Positions 27,540 through 38,079 of a stretch of DNA of 64,000 nt are shown here, one piece after another. Origin of the DNA: Acidimicrobiales bacterium (lineage in GTDB: Bacteria > Actinomycetota > Acidimicrobiia > Acidimicrobiales > RAAP-2); contig JANXWA010000034.1 in assembly GCA_025351385.1 (NCBI GenBank), positions 30,406 through 94,405 on the forward strand, read 5' to 3'. The notes beneath the pieces were generated by a model that saw only the letters and a list, made by a program, of their open reading frames with translations, was not told the origin of the DNA and did not search any database. The translations under genes and the position numbers were made by a program. The first letter of the stretch is position 1. Each line of letters opens with the position of its first letter.

Positions 27540-28466
27540 GTGAGCGAACCACGCCTGCTCGTGAGCATACCCAACGACGACCTGCGCGACGCCCTCGGCC
27601 GATTGGGCGACACCGTCGAACTGGTCACCTGGGACATGAAGGGGCCGGCGCCCGCAGACGCCATCGACATCGTGGTGCCGCCCTACATGGGCATGACCGA
27701 CCGCCTCGCAAACCTGAAGGACGTGAACGTCCGCCTCGTGCAGAGCCAATCGGTCGGCTACGACGGCGTGGCCGCCGTGCTGCCGGCGGGGATGGTATTC
27801 GCCAACGCCGCGTCGGTGCACGAGACCTCGACCGCCGAGCTCGCCCTCGCGCTCATCCTCGCCTCCCAACGGGGAATTCCGGACTTCGTGCGGGCGGCTC
27901 GCGAAGGTCGATGGGCGCGCGCCTGGTACCCCAGCCTCGCCGACCGGACCGTGCTGCTCGTCGGGTACGGCGGAGTGGGCCGGGCCGTGGAGGAGCGATT
28001 GGCCGGCTTCGAGACCACGGTGTTGCGGGTCGCGCGCACCGAACGGACGTACGAACACGGTGTGGTGCACGGGCTCGCGTCTCTGCCCGAGCTGCTCGCC
28101 CAGGCCGACGTGGTGGTCGTATGCGTCCCGCTCTCGGAGTCGACGACGCACCTGGTCGACGACCGCTTCCTCTCCCGGATGCGCGACGGCTGCCTCCTCG
28201 TGAACGTCTCGCGCGGCGCGGTCGCCGACACCGATGCGCTGTTGAGTCACGCGAAGGACGGGCGACTGCGCCTCGCCCTCGACGTCACCGATCCCGAGCC
28301 GCTGCCGGGCGACCACCCCCTCTTCGCCTTGCCCAACGTGCTCATCTCACCACACGTGGGTGGCGCCACGTCGGCGATGCTGCCGCGCATGGCCCGACTC
28401 CTCGAAGGACAGATCGAACGACTGCGTCGAGGCGAACAGCCGTTGAACGTGGTGCTCCGCACATAG
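27540..28466 (+). CDS. D-isomer-specific 2-hydroxyacid dehydrogenase
   Basis: In ORF 27411..28466; GTG at 27540 preceded by TAGGCT-N7. GYGGVGRAV Rossmann motif; ...SRG..VD...L...ALDVTDPEP...SPHVGG. Confidence 0.8.
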   Translation: MSEPRLLVSIPNDDLRDALGRLGDTVELVTWDMKGPAPADAIDIVVPPYMGMTDRLANLKDVNVRLVQSQSVGYDGVAAVLPAGMVFANAASVHETSTAELALALILASQRGIPDFVRAAREGRWARAWYPSLADRTVLLVGYGGVGRAVEERLAGFETTVLRVARTERTYEHGVVHGLASLPELLAQADVVVVCVPLSESTTHLVDDRFLSRMRDGCLLVNVSRGAVADTDALLSHAKDGRLRLALDVTDPEPLPGDHPLFALPNVLISPHVGGATSAMLPRMARLLEGQIERLRRGEQPLNVVLRT

Positions 28467-28524
28467 GACCAACGACGGTCCCGACCACCTGGATGCGTCG
28501 AGCCGGGTCGCCTACATTGGTCCC

Positions 28525-28875
28525 ATGGCCGGCGACCACGCGCGAACCTTCGACGGGCCAACCATCACCGAGTACGTGATGGTCCTCTACTCGAGAGCGC
28601 CCAAGGAAGGCCGGGTCGGCCAGGCCGACGAGGTCTTCGTCGGACATCAGGCGTTCCCGAGCGAACAGCGCGAGCTCGGGCGAGAGATGATCTCCGGGCC
28701 GTTCGGCGACGACGGTCTCCTTCGCGGAGTATCGATCTACAATTCGACCTCCCTCGACGAGGTCCACGACTGGGTTGCCGATGACCCCGCCGTTGTGGCA
28801 GGATGGATGACCTTCGAAGTCCGCCCGTGGTGGGGCATCGCCGGCTCCCTCCTCGCGGCGAGGTCCGACGAGTGA
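28525..28875 (+). CDS. YciI-like small protein
   Basis: 116 aa; ...GPF.....LRGVSIYNSTSLDEVHDWVADDPAV.AG....EVRPWW pattern. TACATT-N6-ATG upstream supports the 28525 start. Confidence 0.6.
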   Translation: MAGDHARTFDGPTITEYVMVLYSRAPKEGRVGQADEVFVGHQAFPSEQRELGREMISGPFGDDGLLRGVSIYNSTSLDEVHDWVADDPAVVAGWMTFEVRPWWGIAGSLLAARSDE

Positions 28876-28896
28876 CGATAGAGGAAGGGTTCTGAC

Positions 28897-29460
28897 ATGA
28901 CCGGACGTTTATCTGCTCGACCTTTGCAGAGGGCCGCACTCGCCATGCTCCTCGGCCTTTCATTGGTCACCTTCGCCTCCGGCGCGGCGAGCGCCTCGGG
29001 TGCCACGCCCCCCGCCTGTCGCTCCAACCAGCTCCACATCGCGTTCGCCTCGGGCGGCGCCGGGCTCGGCCACCTGGCGCTCCTGATCCGGTTCACCAAT
29101 ATCAGTCCCCGCTCGTGCACGCTGAGTGGCTATCCCACCGTTCAGCTGCACAACGCCACGGGGTCGACGACGATGAACGCCCGCAAGACGCAGAACGGCT
29201 ACCTCGGGGGACTCGGTCAGGCCGCCACGAAGCGTGCGCTCCCGTTGGTCACGCTGAAGGCCCGGTCCGGCGTCGCGTCGGTGATGGTGGAGGGTACGGA
29301 CAATCCCGTAGGCACCGCCACCTCGTGCGTCACCTTGACGAAGCTCGCCTTGACCCTCCCCGGCAAGAAACTGAGCTTCCATTTCATCACCTCCTTTCCC
29401 GGCTGTTCGGTACCTCTGGTCCATCCCTTCGTCAAGGGTCCGACCGGCAGCATGGCTTGA
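28897..29460 (+). CDS. Secreted DUF4232-type protein
   Basis: Signal peptide, then CRSNQL...GGAGLGH....FTNISPRSCTLSGYPTV. GAGGAAGGG RBS. Confidence 0.7.
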   Translation: MTGRLSARPLQRAALAMLLGLSLVTFASGAASASGATPPACRSNQLHIAFASGGAGLGHLALLIRFTNISPRSCTLSGYPTVQLHNATGSTTMNARKTQNGYLGGLGQAATKRALPLVTLKARSGVASVMVEGTDNPVGTATSCVTLTKLALTLPGKKLSFHFITSFPGCSVPLVHPFVKGPTGSMA

Positions 29461-29514
29461 GAGACTTCGATCTATAGGGAATCGTGAGTTCGCGTTTGGC
29501 GCTGGCCGTCCTCC

Positions 29515-30783
29515 TCAACCGACGGCGAGATAGAGGTCGCAGAGGTTCCAGCCAGTGCGACCTCCGTCGATCAGCTGGTTCAGTGCCTCCAAACCGTGAT
29601 GGCTGTCACTGCCAGCGAGGACGGCGGACCAGTCGAGGCCCATGGAGGCTGCAGCGCTGAACGTGGTCCCATCGACCCAGGCGCCTCCCACGCCCGCGAC
29701 GAAGTCACGCCCGTCACTGGCCCGCGCGACGAAGACGCCCTCACGGCGCGACTCGGCGAGCGCTCCGGCCATCCTCCATGCGAAGTCCTGACAGCGCCCA
29801 CCGACGCCTGGTCCTCGAACCTGCACCGTCACCTCGCCCACGCCCACCAGGCAGAACCGATCTCGAAGTGCCGACTCTCGCTCGAATTTCTCCGAAAATC
29901 TCATCGCGACGTCGGCGACGTCGCCGTGGACCTCACTGCCGAGGCTGACCACCCGATAGCCGCGGCGCGACGCCTCGGCCGAGGCCAGGTCCAATAGCAT
30001 GGACGGCTCGGCGACGACGAGGTTGCGGTGCTCGACCGAGATTGCCCCGGCCATGGCCTGGGCCCGGTGCTCGAACGCCTCTAGCATCGTTGCCTCAAGA
30101 GGGGCTCCTCTCTGGTCGAGGCGCCCAACGAGCTCCTCCACCTCGCCACGTGCCGGCTCGTAGTCGTAGGTGAGGCCCGACGCCACCCACCTGGGCCCCG
30201 ACACGACGTTGTCGACCATGATGAGCGATCGTGACCGGGGAGTTCGGACCTGACGAAGGATCGCTCCCCCGGCGATGCTCGACGTCGCCGCGCGCAACTG
30301 ATTGAGGGCCGTGATGTCGAGGCCTGCGGCCAGGGCCGCCATCCAGAGCTGGTGTAGGTCGCCGAGCGTCATTGGCGACTCCGGCAGGGCGCAGAGGCTC
30401 GACGCCCCACCCGATATCAGGAACAGGGTGCACGTGGCGCCGGTCGGACCGCGTAGGAACTCAACGAGCCGGCGACCGGCGGCGAGGCTACCCGGCCCGG
30501 GAACTGGATGCTCCCCCACCACCTCGTCGACGTCGCTGGACGTCGACGGGCCGCTGCGCGCTTCGGTGACGATTAGCTGGCGACGGACGTGGGGGCCGAG
30601 AACCGTGCGAACGGCGGCGGCCATCTCACCCGAGGCCTTCCCGACGGCCACGACGTCGACGTCGACGTCAATCAGGCCCGCCTCGTCGAGCTGCCGTTGA
30701 ACGAGTTGACCCAAGTCCAGCTCGCCCAGCCACGTCGAGCTGATCGCAAGGGCGTCGCGCTGGAGATTCGAGGTCATGGCCAC
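29515..30783 (-). CDS. Glycerate 2-kinase / hydroxypyruvate reductase family (DUF4147 + MOFRL)
   Basis: VVAVGKASGEMA...LFLISGGASSL...GEVTVQV.G.G.GGRCQ pattern. Confidence 0.75.
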   Translation of the reverse strand: MAMTSNLQRDALAISSTWLGELDLGQLVQRQLDEAGLIDVDVDVVAVGKASGEMAAAVRTVLGPHVRRQLIVTEARSGPSTSSDVDEVVGEHPVPGPGSLAAGRRLVEFLRGPTGATCTLFLISGGASSLCALPESPMTLGDLHQLWMAALAAGLDITALNQLRAATSSIAGGAILRQVRTPRSRSLIMVDNVVSGPRWVASGLTYDYEPARGEVEELVGRLDQRGAPLEATMLEAFEHRAQAMAGAISVEHRNLVVAEPSMLLDLASAEASRRGYRVVSLGSEVHGDVADVAMRFSEKFERESALRDRFCLVGVGEVTVQVRGPGVGGRCQDFAWRMAGALAESRREGVFVARASDGRDFVAGVGGAWVDGTTFSAAASMGLDWSAVLAGSDSHHGLEALNQLIDGGRTGWNLCDLYLAVG

Positions 30784-30849
30784 CTTCGTTCGCGCCGCTT
30801 CCCGGTGGACGCGTACGCCATCCTACGAAGCGCACAGCGCATCGCCGAC

Positions 30850-31470
30850 CTAAGTCGCGAAGACCTCGGACGCAACCAGATCCTGACGCGCCTGCGCGTG
30901 ACGCCAGGTGGCCAGCAGGGCGATGGCGAGGTTCGCGACCCCGGCGAACGCAGTTGCCGTCAGCGCCGCCCAAAGGTGAGCGCCGACGTAGTAGGTGATC
31001 CACAGCGTGCAGCCGAAGACCCCGACGAACCACGAGACCGCCGAGACTCCGCTCGCGTCACGTTGGCGGATCAGTTCGATGAGTTGCGGCGCGCGGTTGA
31101 TCGTCATCGCCACTCCGGTCCCGTAGACGCCACCGGCCCAACCCCAGAGAATCGTCGGCATGACACAGCAGAGGATGAAGTAACCCAGCGCGCGCAGCGG
31201 CACGGCCCAATGCAGCCACGGCTTCAAGCGAGCGAGGATTCCCAACTGCATCGGCAAGATGAGGATGCTGCCGAGGGTCACCTCCGCCGAGCGCGCGGCG
31301 AAGCCGTAGGCGATCCAGAAGCAGCACATGTAGGCGAAGAGCACCCAGGTCGCGAGCGATACGCCTTCGACGCCGAGCGTCCGGACCCGGCGGAACTGGG
31401 CGAAGGTGCCGACGAGGCCCGAGGAGACGGCGAGCCACCCCATCGAGACCGTGAAGGAGTGGAAACTCAT
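30850..31470 (-). CDS. Seven-TM membrane protein with two PQ-loop-like repeats
   Basis: 206 aa. I count 7 hydrophobic segments. Repeat 1: TFAQFRRVRTLGVEGVS. Repeat 2: NRAPQLIELIRQRDASGVS. Confidence 0.6.
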   Translation of the reverse strand: MSFHSFTVSMGWLAVSSGLVGTFAQFRRVRTLGVEGVSLATWVLFAYMCCFWIAYGFAARSAEVTLGSILILPMQLGILARLKPWLHWAVPLRALGYFILCCVMPTILWGWAGGVYGTGVAMTINRAPQLIELIRQRDASGVSAVSWFVGVFGCTLWITYYVGAHLWAALTATAFAGVANLAIALLATWRHAQARQDLVASEVFAT

Positions 31471-31495
31471 CCTCCAAGTTTACCGGTGAAGTTAA

Positions 31496-33232
<1,737 letters not shown>

Positions 33233-33254
33233 TCAGGGCGAGCGAAAGCCCGCC

Positions 33255-33290
33255 CTATCGAAGCAGTAGGTCGTTCTGGCCGGTTGTCAC
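33255..33290 (-). CDS. leuA leader peptide MTTGQNDLLLR
   Basis: GTG ACA ACC GGC CAG AAC GAC CTA CTG CTT CGA TAG. Three consecutive Leu codons precede hairpin GGGCGGGC-UUUC-GCUCGCCC and the terminator. Confidence 0.65.
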   Translation of the reverse strand: MTTGQNDLLLR

Positions 33291-33296
33291 AGAGCC

Positions 33297-33324
33297 ATTG
33301 TACCGCGAACGGGAGAAATGTCCA
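33297..33324 (-). promoter_or_regulatory. Sigma-70-type promoter of the leuA leader
   Basis: TGGACA (33324-33319), 16-nt spacer, TACAAT (33302-33297), then 6 nt to the leader GTG. This implies a leaderless leader transcript. Confidence 0.6.
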
Positions 33325-33352
33325 GAGGGCCGCCCCACTATCCTGAAGAATC

Positions 33353-33505
33353 ATGGGACTCTTGAAGACTCTCCTCAAACTGGCGGTCGTCACGGTCCTG
33401 CTCGCCGTCGCAGTGGGCGTAGTGATACTCCTGCGCCGTTCCAAGGACCCCTCGCCCGTCTCGTACGACCAGTGGCCCGACGTGCCGCAGAACCCCGCCG
33501 CCTAG
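33353..33505 (+). CDS. Possible 50-aa single-TM small protein
   Basis: Below the ORF-track cutoff. My translation: [50 protein letters not shown]. High GC3; no clear RBS. Confidence 0.35.
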   Translation: MGLLKTLLKLAVVTVLLAVAVGVVILLRRSKDPSPVSYDQWPDVPQNPAA

Positions 33506-33539
33506 ACACCGCTCGAAGTTTCCCAACGAAGGAGAGATC

Positions 33540-34520
33540 ATGGCCAAGATGGAATATCGACGACTCGGCAGGTCGGGACTGCGCGTCAGCGTGCTCTCGT
33601 TCGGCAGTTGGGTCACCTTCGCCAACAAGAACCAGCTCGAGACGGCGAAACAAGCGGCCGAGTGCCTGAACGCGGCCAAGGAGGCCGGCGTCAACTTCTA
33701 CGACAACGCCGAGGCCTACGGCGGCGGCGAGTCCGAGCGGGTAATGGGTGCGGCGATCGCCGAGCTCGGATGGAAGCGCCACGAATACGTCGTCTCGACC
33801 AAGCTCTTCTGGGGCCTGCACGAGGTACCCAACATGCGCAACACCCTCAATCGCAAGTACCTCAGCCAGGCCATCGACAGTTCGCTGGAGCGGTTCGGTC
33901 TCGACTTCGTGGACCTCGTCTTCTGCCACCGCCCCGACGCTCGCACCCCGATCGAGGAGACCGTCTGGGCGATGAGCGACATGATCTCCCAGGGCAAGGC
34001 CCTCTACTGGGGGACGTCGGAGTGGAGCGCCGACGAGATCCGCTCCGCCTACGACATCGCCGACCGCCACCACCTCCACAAGCCGCTCATGGAGCAGCCC
34101 GAGTACAACATCTTTCATCGCGACAAGGTGGAGAAGGAGTACAAGCGGCTGTACGAGGACATCGGCCTTGGCACGACGATCTGGTCCCCCCTGGCGTCGG
34201 GCCTGCTGACGGGCAAGTACATGAACGGCATCCCCGAGGGGTCGCGGGCCACGCTGCCCGGCTACGAGTGGCTGAAGGGTCTGCTCACCGACGAGACCAG
34301 GAACAAGAAGGTGGGCGACCTTAAGGTCATCGCCGACGAGCTCGACGTCTCACTCGCCCAGCTCTCTCTCGCGTGGTGCGCCATGAACCCGAACGTGTCG
34401 ACCGTGATCACCGGCGCTTCCTCCGCCGAACAGGTCCGTGAGAACATGACGGCCCTCGACGTGATGCCACTGCTGACTAAAGAGATCATGGATCGCATCG
34501 ACCTGATCAGCTTCTTCTAA
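33540..34520 (+). CDS. Aldo/keto reductase (Kv-beta-like subfamily)
   Basis: [24 protein letters not shown]...[12 protein letters not shown]...HRPD. GGAGAG RBS. Confidence 0.85.
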   Translation: MAKMEYRRLGRSGLRVSVLSFGSWVTFANKNQLETAKQAAECLNAAKEAGVNFYDNAEAYGGGESERVMGAAIAELGWKRHEYVVSTKLFWGLHEVPNMRNTLNRKYLSQAIDSSLERFGLDFVDLVFCHRPDARTPIEETVWAMSDMISQGKALYWGTSEWSADEIRSAYDIADRHHLHKPLMEQPEYNIFHRDKVEKEYKRLYEDIGLGTTIWSPLASGLLTGKYMNGIPEGSRATLPGYEWLKGLLTDETRNKKVGDLKVIADELDVSLAQLSLAWCAMNPNVSTVITGASSAEQVRENMTALDVMPLLTKEIMDRIDLISFF

Positions 34521-34531
34521 CTCGGATCGTC

Positions 34532-35221
34532 GTGGCCACGGCTCGCATCGGCCTCATCGGCGGCATGTCGTGGGAGTCGACTGCTTCGTACTACCGCTAC
34601 CTCAACGAGTCGTTCGACGGTGGGACGAACGAGTGGTCGAAGCCCAACATCACGATCGACTCCATCGACTTCGGCTCGATTGTGACCTTGCAGCAGGGCG
34701 ACGACTGGACCGCGACGGGTTCGATCCTCGCCGACTCGGCACGCCGTCTCGAGCGAGCCGGATCGACTGTGGTCGCCATCGCCGCCAATACGATGCACAT
34801 CAACCTCGACGACGTTCGTAGGGCCGTGTCGGTCCCCGTGGTCGACGTCCGCGAGTCGGTGGCGCGCGAATGCCTCGCCATGGGCCAGTCGTCGATCGCC
34901 CTGCTCGGGACCAAGTACCTGATCGAGCAGTCGTTCTATTCGGACCGCCTCGAGGAGTTAGGGGTGCATTGCGTGAGGCCGACGGACGAGCAGGTGGACC
35001 GGCTCCAGACGATCATCTTCGACGAACTGGTCCGAGGCGTCGTCAACGCCGACTCGCGGGTCTACCTTCGTGGAGTCGCCGACGAGTGTCTTGCGCGAGG
35101 AGCTGGCGTCGTCGGGCTCTGCTGCACCGAATTCGGAATGTTGATGAGCGAGGGACAGGAAATCCCCGTGATCGATTCGACCCGGGCCCATGTGCGTGCA
35201 CTGCTCGCCGAGATCCAATGA
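34532..35221 (+). CDS. Aspartate/glutamate racemase family protein
   Basis: IGLIGGMSWESTASYYRYLNE...IAANTMH...LCCTEF. Confidence 0.8.
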   Translation: MATARIGLIGGMSWESTASYYRYLNESFDGGTNEWSKPNITIDSIDFGSIVTLQQGDDWTATGSILADSARRLERAGSTVVAIAANTMHINLDDVRRAVSVPVVDVRESVARECLAMGQSSIALLGTKYLIEQSFYSDRLEELGVHCVRPTDEQVDRLQTIIFDELVRGVVNADSRVYLRGVADECLARGAGVVGLCCTEFGMLMSEGQEIPVIDSTRAHVRALLAEIQ

Positions 35222-35279
35222 GACGATAGACCGACGCCGCCGCTACTAATCGTAGAATGCGATGAGCCGAGGGGGGACC

Positions 35280-36245
35280 ATGGAGAAGTTCACTGGACGG
35301 ATCGCCGTCGTCACGGGTGGGGGCACCGGCATGGGCCGAGAACTGGTGCGCCAACTCGCCAGGGAGGGATGCCACATTGCGACGTGCGACGTCTCGCCCG
35401 AGACGATGAGCGAGACCAAGACCCAGGCGATCGAGACCGCCCCCGCGGGGACGCGCGTCGTCACCTTCGTCGCCGACGTCGCCGACGAGACCCAACTGAG
35501 GAGCTTTCGCGACTTCGTCGCGGCCGAGTTCGCGACCGACTCAATCAACCTGCTCTTCAACAACGCGGGCGTCGGTGGAGCCGGGAGCTTCATCGACGAC
35601 GACCGCGACGGATGGGAGCGGACCTTCAACATCGTCTGGGGCGGCGTCTATCTCGGCACGCGGACGTTCCTGCCGATGCTGATGGCGTCCGATGAGGGTC
35701 ACATCGTCAACACCAGCAGCATCAACGGCATCTTCGCCTCCATCGGGCCGTTCTCGCCTCACACGGCCTACAGTGCCGCGAAGTTCGCCGTGCGCGGATT
35801 CAGCGAGGCCCTGATCACCGACCTCCGACTCCACGCGCCCCACGTGGGTGTCTCAGTGGTGCTGCCCGGCCACGTGGGCACGTCGATCGTCATCAACTCC
35901 GGGATCGTCCACGGCAAGGAGCCGGACGACCTCGACGAGGAGGACCTCACCAAGATCCGGCGCCGCCTGGCCGTCGCGGGCACCCCGGTCGACGAGGTCG
36001 CCGACGAGGATCTGCGCAAGGGCGTCGCCATGATGGGCGAGGCCTTCCGCGACCTCGCGCCTCTCAGCGCGGCCTCAGCGGCCGAGATCATCCTCGACGG
36101 CGTACGCCAGAACAAGTGGCGCATCCTGGTTGGCGAGGACGCCGTGATCATCGACGCCAAGGTCCGCGCCGACCCCGAGCACGCCTACGACCTCGAGTTC
36201 TGGGACGAGCTTCGATCCGAAGGGCTCTTCGAGGGATTCCCATGA
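35280..36245 (+). CDS. SDR family oxidoreductase
   Basis: In ORF 35262..36245; ATG at 35280 with GAGGGGGG RBS. VVTGGGTGMGRE; YSAAKFAVRGFSEAL. Confidence 0.85.
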   Translation: MEKFTGRIAVVTGGGTGMGRELVRQLAREGCHIATCDVSPETMSETKTQAIETAPAGTRVVTFVADVADETQLRSFRDFVAAEFATDSINLLFNNAGVGGAGSFIDDDRDGWERTFNIVWGGVYLGTRTFLPMLMASDEGHIVNTSSINGIFASIGPFSPHTAYSAAKFAVRGFSEALITDLRLHAPHVGVSVVLPGHVGTSIVINSGIVHGKEPDDLDEEDLTKIRRRLAVAGTPVDEVADEDLRKGVAMMGEAFRDLAPLSAASAAEIILDGVRQNKWRILVGEDAVIIDAKVRADPEHAYDLEFWDELRSEGLFEGFP

Positions 36246-36283
36246 ACCGACGAACCCATTGACGGAGTGGGCCGAAGAGTCGA

Positions 36284-37972
36284 CTAGATCCGGCTGGCTG
36301 TCTCGATGAGGGACTCGGTGTGTACGTCGATAGCGGTGACCAGATCCTCCAGTTGCGCCAGTAGTGAAGGATCAGACTCGTGAAGCAGGTGCGGTTCCAC
36401 TGACGCCAGGGTGATGGCGCTTCGCGCACGCGTCACTGCCCGCAGGGCATTGCGGCGAAGCGAGTGGCGCGTGACCGGATCGCTCTCGGTGGTCGCGCTC
36501 TCGTAGTTGATCGTCGCCTGGCGGGCTCGGTTCACCTGCTGAACCGGTCGAAGTGACGGGGCGTGGAGCCAGAGTACGTAGTCCACGAATAGGACGATCG
36601 CGGCTCCGAGAGCCGTGTCGACAATCCTCGGCCCGAAGAGGTTCTGGTCGGGACCGAGCACGCCGACGAAGACGAACACGATCGGCGTGAAGACCATGAC
36701 CGTCAGCGCGTGGCTCCGCCGTGACGCCCAGGGCACGGCGGCGGCCATGGCACAGCACAACACGATCAGCAAGATCTCGGGATTGCCCCAGAATGCCGCC
36801 AACGCCGCGATGCCCACGCCGGCCAACGTGCCGATGGTGCGCGCCACGGCTCGGCGCATGACCGGTCCCAAGTCCGGTCGAAAGATGAAGGCCACGCTCA
36901 TGGGAAGCCAGTAGCCCCGCGGTCCCTCGAGCGCCCTTGACAGCAGCGTCGCGAAGACGATGGCCGAGGACAGCAAGACGGCGAATCGCAGCCGCTCCAC
37001 GAACGGCAGTCTCGAGATCGTGGAGCGAAACGGTGGCGCCGCCACCAGGGTCGACGTATCGGGGATCCGAAACGAGGCCGCGATGTAGCGACTCGAGGGC
37101 GAGGCGAGAGTTGACGCGAATGTTGCGGCGTAGTCGGTGAGCTCGGCCGTGGCCTCGAGAGCGGAGTGCACGCGGATCACCGCACCAACCCGCTGTAATG
37201 CCTCAACGACCACAGGATCGATTACCTCGTCCTTGCTCACGAGATACGACGCCAGCTCGCCGAGTTGCAGGGCGACCACGAAGCATTGGTGCAGCGCCAC
37301 GACCTCGTCGCTCTTGTCGAGCAGGGGCTGGGTCCCCACGACGTCCTGGGCCTCGTCGAGCACGAGAACCGCGCGACCTCTCGCCTGATCCATCGCGTCA
37401 CTCCCGATCGATGACAGCAAGTCGGCGAGGGCCCGGTACGCGTTCGAGAGGCAGATCTGCTGGTCCGCACGTCGGCTGCGTCGATCAGTCAGGCTCGCCA
37501 CCACGTACAGCCACAAGGCGCCGACCGCGATCGCGACGCCCGACTGCCACACTCGATCCTCGAAGCGCAAGCCTCCCCCGAGAATCACGCCGAGCAGGAG
37601 GTACATACCCTGCGTCGACCAGAGCGAGGCCTCGATCACCCCCGCGACGAGGGCCACCGCTCCGAAGAGCACGACGAGGGCCCACCACGCGTTCACGTGG
37701 TTGACGAACAGCGACCCGATGGCCACCCCCGATCCGCCGGCGACCGCGACGCCGATCAGGCGCGGGGCCCGCGTGCGCCAGCGGTCCATCCCGTCCTGAC
37801 TGACCGCCCAGAGCGTCCCGAGCGCGACCAATGTGCCGTAGGCCCGCTGCCCAACGGCGAGGCCCACGACCAGAGGTGTCGTGAGGCACACGGCCGCGCG
37901 AACCGACAGTCGCGCGTGGGGCGAGATCCTGCGTAGGTTGAGTCGACCGACCGACCGTAGGTCCCGGGCCAC
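36284..37972 (-). CDS. FUSC / aromatic-acid-exporter-type integral membrane protein
   Basis: 562 aa. Two multi-TM blocks separated by a soluble helical region, as in the YccS/FUSC family. Confidence 0.65.
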   Translation of the reverse strand: MARDLRSVGRLNLRRISPHARLSVRAAVCLTTPLVVGLAVGQRAYGTLVALGTLWAVSQDGMDRWRTRAPRLIGVAVAGGSGVAIGSLFVNHVNAWWALVVLFGAVALVAGVIEASLWSTQGMYLLLGVILGGGLRFEDRVWQSGVAIAVGALWLYVVASLTDRRSRRADQQICLSNAYRALADLLSSIGSDAMDQARGRAVLVLDEAQDVVGTQPLLDKSDEVVALHQCFVVALQLGELASYLVSKDEVIDPVVVEALQRVGAVIRVHSALEATAELTDYAATFASTLASPSSRYIAASFRIPDTSTLVAAPPFRSTISRLPFVERLRFAVLLSSAIVFATLLSRALEGPRGYWLPMSVAFIFRPDLGPVMRRAVARTIGTLAGVGIAALAAFWGNPEILLIVLCCAMAAAVPWASRRSHALTVMVFTPIVFVFVGVLGPDQNLFGPRIVDTALGAAIVLFVDYVLWLHAPSLRPVQQVNRARQATINYESATTESDPVTRHSLRRNALRAVTRARSAITLASVEPHLLHESDPSLLAQLEDLVTAIDVHTESLIETASRI

Positions 37973-38079
37973 GGTGCTACTCCCCCACCGTCAACTCGAA
38001 CCGGATCACTACCACAAGACTAATTGGCCGCCTCGCGAGGTCCTCGCCCCGCGAATGATCGACGGTTTCAAACTGGTCG

